Below are positions 59,411 through 64,000 of a DNA stretch of 64,000 bases, piece by piece (the first letter of the stretch is position 1; every line of letters begins with the position of its first letter). The stretch comes from a virus, in IMG/VR virus record IMGVR_UViG_3300029206_000002. The stretch is one strand, 5' to 3'. Position numbers and translations under genes: made by a program. A model generated the notes under the pieces. It was not told where the DNA came from and did no database searches. It saw nothing but the letters and a program-made list of their open reading frames with translations.

Positions 59411-59868
59411 TATGGTTCTCTGTTAAGTGCTTTACAAATTACAGTAAATACATAGTTAGCTTGAGACATTTTCAGGCTGTATTTCTTCTTTAAATGCAGT
59501 CTAGTTCTTACTTTGGCTTGTTCTATACCATATAATGGTAAAGTTGACTTATAATAGGCAATACCTTCTTCGATGATTTTATCTTTTCTAGAATCTTCTC
59601 CTAAGCCCTCTAGAGTTTGTAAATCACCAATACCTACATTATCAACTACTTCAGTAATAGATGGTAATGCGAATGTATACTTTTCAGGATACATCATAAT
59701 ATCTACTACTTCAGGACTGTCTTTAGTAAGATCTTTAGCTTTACCATTCTGTTTAAAGTAATTAAGATCAATTGCACCTACTACTTCTAATAATGGTTCT
59801 ACTCCGCTTAAAAGGAGTAATACATTAGTTTCTGGACCTTGTGCGATCCACATACCTGCTTTTAACAT
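59410..59868 (-). CDS. Hypothetical protein of 152 aa.
   Basis: Intact ORF. Confidence 0.4.
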   Translation of the reverse strand: MLKAGMWIAQGPETNVLLLLSGVEPLLEVVGAIDLNYFKQNGKAKDLTKDSPEVVDIMMYPEKYTFALPSITEVVDNVGIGDLQTLEGLGEDSRKDKIIEEGIAYYKSTLPLYGIEQAKVRTRLHLKKKYSLKMSQANYVFTVICKALNREP

Positions 59869-60065
59869 AATCCTTTTGTTTTAAGTATTTTGATAAATTC
59901 GTTTTTGAATCTTTTTACTACAACTGCTGCATCCATTGGACTAATGTTGAATTCAGAGGCTACTTTTTTTCTAAATTCCATTTCTCCACTGCATTGCTGC
60001 ATTACTTCTTGTAGTCTTTCTCGCTCTCCTGGTTCAGTCCAGCGAACATATTGAACAATTTCCAT
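59862..60065 (-). CDS. Hypothetical small protein of 67 aa.
   Basis: Intact ORF that overlaps its neighbours. Confidence 0.35.
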   Translation of the reverse strand: MEIVQYVRWTEPGERERLQEVMQQCSGEMEFRKKVASEFNISPMDAAVVVKRFKNEFIKILKTKGLC

Positions 60066-60066
60066 G

Positions 60067-60396
60067 TTAATTCATTTGATGTTCAAGATCTTTAATTTTA
60101 TTATAGACGCCTACCCAATATATCAAGCCTTCTTTACTCTTTTCAGCTTGAAACATTTCATAGATTTTGCATCTATTGTATCCGACTGTAATGTTATGTA
60201 CACCACGTCGCCAACCTCTACCTCCCTTCATTACTGATGGAGTTGATTCATATACATACTCAATGAACGCAGTAAGTTTACGTTCTCTTGTAAGAACAAT
60301 TTCCCAAGTCTTGGGCAATTTATTCCTAATAAAACCTCTTAAGCCTTTTTTATTCATGTTTATATTTAAATATTTTTGAATTATTTCCAAATTCAA
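60067..60396 (-). CDS. Hypothetical protein of 109 aa.
   Basis: Intact ORF. Confidence 0.4.
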   Translation of the reverse strand: MNLEIIQKYLNINMNKKGLRGFIRNKLPKTWEIVLTRERKLTAFIEYVYESTPSVMKGGRGWRRGVHNITVGYNRCKIYEMFQAEKSKEGLIYWVGVYNKIKDLEHQMN

Positions 60397-60691
60397 ATCT
60401 AATTGTATAGATCATATTTTTAATAGTTGCTTCATGAAGTGTTATTCTGATTTTACTCATAAAGCGATCAAGATAATACCTAGTATTAATATACCATGCA
60501 ACTATCTCATAATAGTCTCTTTCATCATTAACACTAATACTCGCTTTTGCATAATAATCATGTGTACTACATGCTAATATATCTTCACTTATTGCTAGTA
60601 ATCTATAAAGCTTTTTTTGTATAAAGTCTAAGATTTCTGCTTGAGTATTGAATCCTTTTTCTTTACTCTTTTTATGCCGACCACGATTCAT
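60350..60691 (-). CDS. Hypothetical protein of 113 aa.
   Basis: Intact ORF. Confidence 0.4.
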   Translation of the reverse strand: MNRGRHKKSKEKGFNTQAEILDFIQKKLYRLLAISEDILACSTHDYYAKASISVNDERDYYEIVAWYINTRYYLDRFMSKIRITLHEATIKNMIYTIRFEFGNNSKIFKYKHE

Positions 60692-60875
60692 AAGTAGTTT
60701 CTTTAATTGAAGATCTAAGTCTTTCTATAGCTGCCAACAGTGTATCTATTCTTATTACTACTTCTGTGTCTCTAACAAAATGTTTAATATGTTTCAGATT
60801 AGTAATCATACCAGCTAAAAGCATAAGAGATAGGTTTCTTCTACTTGCCTTTAATTGATTTAAAGTCTTTTTCAT
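60672..60875 (-). CDS. Hypothetical small protein of 67 aa.
   Basis: Intact ORF. Confidence 0.35.
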   Translation of the reverse strand: MKKTLNQLKASRRNLSLMLLAGMITNLKHIKHFVRDTEVVIRIDTLLAAIERLRSSIKETTYESWSA

Positions 60876-61186
60876 CTACAAAATGTTTTTAAGTATTGTT
60901 CATAATATCTTTTTTCATTTATTGAAGCTAAAGCATCTAATTGATTATAATTCTTTTTAGTTAAAGTAAAATCATAATCTAATAATGCTTCTTTTAGACT
61001 GTAAAATACATTATAATCAAACAAATCTCTGTTGCTTATTTTGATTTGTTCAATGAGAGCTGTTTCAAATATAGCTAGTAATCTTAGAATATATTTATTA
61101 TTCTTTTTGACTGCTAGTCATAAACCTTTATCTCCTTTATTATAATCTAAAGGAATAATTGATACCTTGTTATAATCTATTCTCAT
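60872..61186 (-). pseudogene. ORF of about 105 codons interrupted by a single in-frame TGA (plus-strand 61118-61120). Either a gene with readthrough or frameshift, or a pseudogene.
   Basis: ATG at 61186 overlaps the upstream stop as ATGA. There are 22 codons, then TGA, then 81 further open codons with no ATG. The end overlaps the next ATG at 60875 as ATGA. Confidence 0.35.
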
Positions 61187-61734
61187 ACTCTAAAGTTTGT
61201 TTTATAATACTTTTTAATAATTCTTATAGCTTCATCAAATTCTTCTTTATTATCAAAAACATTACAAAAGGTGTAGCCATTCTTGTTTAAGAATATAGGA
61301 TGAAAATAAGCTACAAAGAATGTTTTAAATAATCTACTCTTTTTAATAGGAATTAAATTATCTAAAGTAATATCACTAGTTATACTTACTGTCCAAGCAA
61401 TATTTAGTTCAGGATCTATTTTATAGATTACTCCATAGTGTGCACTTGGACCTATTTTCGCTCTAATGATGTCATATTTTTGTAAAGGTATTTGATCTAT
61501 ACCTTGACCTAATATTTCTGTAGGTAAAACTATATTCTGTTTAGGAACACATGAAGATTGTTCAATTAAACTAGTAGATAAAGATGAACTAAATGCATCT
61601 ACTATACTTATTACATCTAATATTTTATTATCATCTGTATTTTTTAATTTAGAAGATGCTTTAGATCTTACAGAGTTTAAAAAGTTCTCTTTTTCTTCGA
61701 CAGATTTTTCTTTTAATAAATCTAATATGCTCAT
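61183..61734 (-). CDS. Hypothetical protein of 183 aa.
   Basis: Intact ORF. Confidence 0.45.
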   Translation of the reverse strand: MSILDLLKEKSVEEKENFLNSVRSKASSKLKNTDDNKILDVISIVDAFSSSLSTSLIEQSSCVPKQNIVLPTEILGQGIDQIPLQKYDIIRAKIGPSAHYGVIYKIDPELNIAWTVSITSDITLDNLIPIKKSRLFKTFFVAYFHPIFLNKNGYTFCNVFDNKEEFDEAIRIIKKYYKTNFRV

Positions 61735-61762
61735 ACTTTTTGTTTTTAATTTTGATAATTTG

Positions 61763-61836
61763 TAATACTAATAGGACTCGAACCTATAACTCAACCTTAT
61801 CAGTGTTGTGATGTTACCCGTTACATCCATAGTATT
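61763..61836 (-). tRNA. tRNA-Ile (anticodon GAU), 74 nt.
   Basis: A cloverleaf was folded by eye. The acceptor aatacta/tagtatt is a perfect 7 bp. The D-arm is gatg-taacgggtaa-catc with GG. The anticodon loop is ctGATaa. The T-arm is atagg-ttcgagt-cctat. There is one A.G mismatch at the base of the anticodon stem. Confidence 0.7.
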
Positions 61837-62056
61837 TCTTAACCAGCTTTTTACGACATTAGCTTAGCCGTTGACTTATCATATCACGCTGCAATATGAG
61901 TATAGTCTGTTACAAAAGATTTGTCATTTCTGACGTTATTGACCTATTCATTACTGTTTCTGCCAATCAATACATACATACCCCCTTGTTATTATTCTAT
62001 AGTGGAGGTAGAGTCGGCGAAGACTCGTCTTGCTCAGGCATATAATGACCTAACAG

Positions 62057-62443
62057 TCAATATACTTTTATTTCTATAGGATTATCTCCAAAACACATAT
62101 TTCTTTTATCAAATGGTACATAATGAGTATATAAGAATCCTGCATCATTAAATAGTTTAGCCGTACCTATTGGTACACTAATAGAATTATTATGTTTTGG
62201 ATCTATCCACCAACTTCTTTTTGTTGTTTCATGAACATATCTAACAGGTTTATTATAGAATAGATGTTCACCCCACATATCTGCTGCAATATAGCTCATG
62301 ATAAATAATTTTAAGTTGTAAATATAAAGAGTTTTGCACACCTCTGCGCCTTCATATCCTAGCAGACCGGATAACGCCTCAATTAGAGAGATATACATCA
62401 TACACGAGTTTTCATATATCATTGGGTTGATATAATAGTGCAA
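62057..62443 (-). CDS. Hypothetical protein of 128 aa.
   Basis: Intact ORF. Confidence 0.45.
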   Translation of the reverse strand: MHYYINPMIYENSCMMYISLIEALSGLLGYEGAEVCKTLYIYNLKLFIMSYIAADMWGEHLFYNKPVRYVHETTKRSWWIDPKHNNSISVPIGTAKLFNDAGFLYTHYVPFDKRNMCFGDNPIEIKVY

Positions 62444-62529
62444 TATACTCTTTTAGTAGTATAGAGAGTGATCAAACTCTCTATACTTGATATGTAATCC
62501 TAAAGTAATAGTATATACTGTTGATTATG

Positions 62530-62951
62530 AGCATAAAAGCATTAAATCTAGTATATAATAGCATAAAGCTGCTATTACTTTAGAATTTATAGTCTTTGAC
62601 AGAATACATATTATACCAAGTGCTCATCTAGCAAGCTAGAGACTCGATTGAAATATAGACATAAAAGTACTATATGTATATGTATTTTGATATACTTACT
62701 GTTTTTCGTCTATAAGACTATTCTTCAGGATTCTCCCCGAGAATCATTACCCTTGGAGCATAAAGCATACGGGGTGAAGAAACGATCTACTATAGCACAT
62801 GATCAGTAGGCATGTATTCCTATTATTAGCATAAAAGCATTAAATAGAACTGTCAATTCAGTTCGATCTACCCGAACTCCTTAATGCGACAATACGACTT
62901 ATATAGTTTGCGGTTAGACTTTTATTCTATTTTAGCATAAAAGCATTTAGA
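62530..62951. repeat. Array of 5 copies of the motif AGCATAAA(A)GCAT (at about 62530, 62560, 62757, 62828 and 62934) plus a 7-bp perfect palindrome gattctc-ccc-gagaatc at 62729-62745, all in a 520-bp spacer.
   Basis: Read directly from the sequence. Confidence 0.55.
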
Positions 62952-62964
62952 ATACGGATGTTGA

Positions 62965-63414
62965 TTAAAGATAGATATTTTCGTATCTTGAACCAAAGAC
63001 TTCTTCTTTCGCTTTTGCGATAGCGTCATCTTTCTTGTCTGTAAGTTCTGAATACTTTTTGTCCCAAGCTTTGTAATCACCTGTAGATTCAAATTCAGCT
63101 TGAGCTTTCTTCAGTCCTTCAGAAAAGTCTTTCATAATGTTCTTGTGTTTTGATGCAAAACGTCCGTATCTTTCTGCTCTAGAAACAGCTTTTTCACAAT
63201 CCTGAATTCTACGTTTTACTTCACGAGATTCACGTTCAAGTTGTTCTTGTTGGATCTGTTTCTTTGCTTCAGTAACTGCTGATGCTTCAACTTTACCGTC
63301 TTTTTCTTCTTGTTTTTTCATACCAGCTTCAAAGTTGTAATTTTCATCAGTTGCTTTGTCACGTAACATTGCTACACCTAACATAATTGCAGTTAATTTC
63401 ATAAAATTCTTCAT
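62965..63414 (-). CDS. Small secreted or lipoprotein-like coiled-coil protein of 149 aa.
   Basis: N-terminal signal-like sequence MKNFMKLTAIMLGVAML followed by a charged helical region. Confidence 0.45.
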   Translation of the reverse strand: MKNFMKLTAIMLGVAMLRDKATDENYNFEAGMKKQEEKDGKVEASAVTEAKKQIQQEQLERESREVKRRIQDCEKAVSRAERYGRFASKHKNIMKDFSEGLKKAQAEFESTGDYKAWDKKYSELTDKKDDAIAKAKEEVFGSRYENIYL

Positions 63415-64000
63415 AATTTTTTGATTTTTAATTGTTAATAATTGATTTATTTAAGTGAATGAATTAATCTTAAAAAGTATCTAATAAGCTTCTGCGATAG
63501 ATTTCATCTCTTTCTTCTTTGATATCTATTTGCATTTTAATGATAATACTTATTAGTTCTTCTTTTGTTTTCTTTTTTAATTCTTTTTTTGTCCACATAA
63601 TAGTAAAGAAATAGAAAGTTATACTATCTATTCGTACGCCTTATTCGATAGCTAGCCCTTTTCCTTCTCCTGACCTTAAATAAGGTTGACCGTTGTATAG
63701 TCCGTAGGTATTAATCACCTTTAGGGGTCTGGCGTTATAACCTTCTGTGTTGATTGGATTCTATCATAACTACTTAATTAGTAATTCTTAGTTAAACAAT
63801 AGCTCTTTCCCTTTTATACGGTTGCATTTTAGAATGTCTAACTCTCTTTTTAGACTGATATTCAGCTGCTTTTCCTGATTGCTTAGAACCTGGAAAATGA
63901 GATTCTTTATAGGTCTTTCCCATGATTATAACACTCTAATTGCTTGTACTAAAAGGTCAAAGATATAAGCGCATCCCTTTTTGTTGAGATACTCGATTGT

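Noticed and set aside
62444-62964. A CRISPR array.
   Set aside because: The repeats are 13-14 nt with irregular spacing of 30, 200, 70 and 105 nt. There are no cas genes.

Overview
This window looks like a crAss-like (Crassvirales-type) phage genome segment, AT-rich, split into two convergent modules.

The + strand from 1 to about 37.46 kb carries virion/late genes: tail fibres, a lysis-like pair, several giant structural or ejected proteins, and a putative virion RNA polymerase domain. Every gene there is interrupted by many in-frame TAG codons and ends only at TAA or TGA. Stitching the same-frame ORF fragments gives continuous genes of 1,338, 1,393, 635, 621, 4,420 and 1,469 codons. This is the signature of TAG stop-codon reassignment, most likely to Gln.

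The minus strand from 37.49 to 64 kb carries an early/replication module read with the standard code. At least two of its genes stop at TAG. It encodes a family-B DNA polymerase, a DnaG-like primase, a DnaB-like helicase, an SSB, a Sak4-like ATPase, two AAA ATPases, a metallophosphoesterase, PD-(D/E)xK nucleases and an ECF-like sigma factor.

The two modules meet at a bidirectional terminator at about 37.47 kb. The minus-strand intergenic spacers hold one clean tRNA-Ile(GAU) and two tRNA-like elements with canonical T-arms.

Other notable items are a freestanding GIY-YIG homing endonuclease recoded like its late-gene neighbours, an early-strand nuclease gene with a single in-frame TAG, an in-frame TGA in another minus-strand gene, a 2.15-kb ORF-free region with strand asymmetry and repeats, an A-depleted G/T-rich island with a G9 run at a tail-fibre 3' end, and several intergenic repeat arrays.

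No CRISPR array, integrase or reverse transcriptase was seen.
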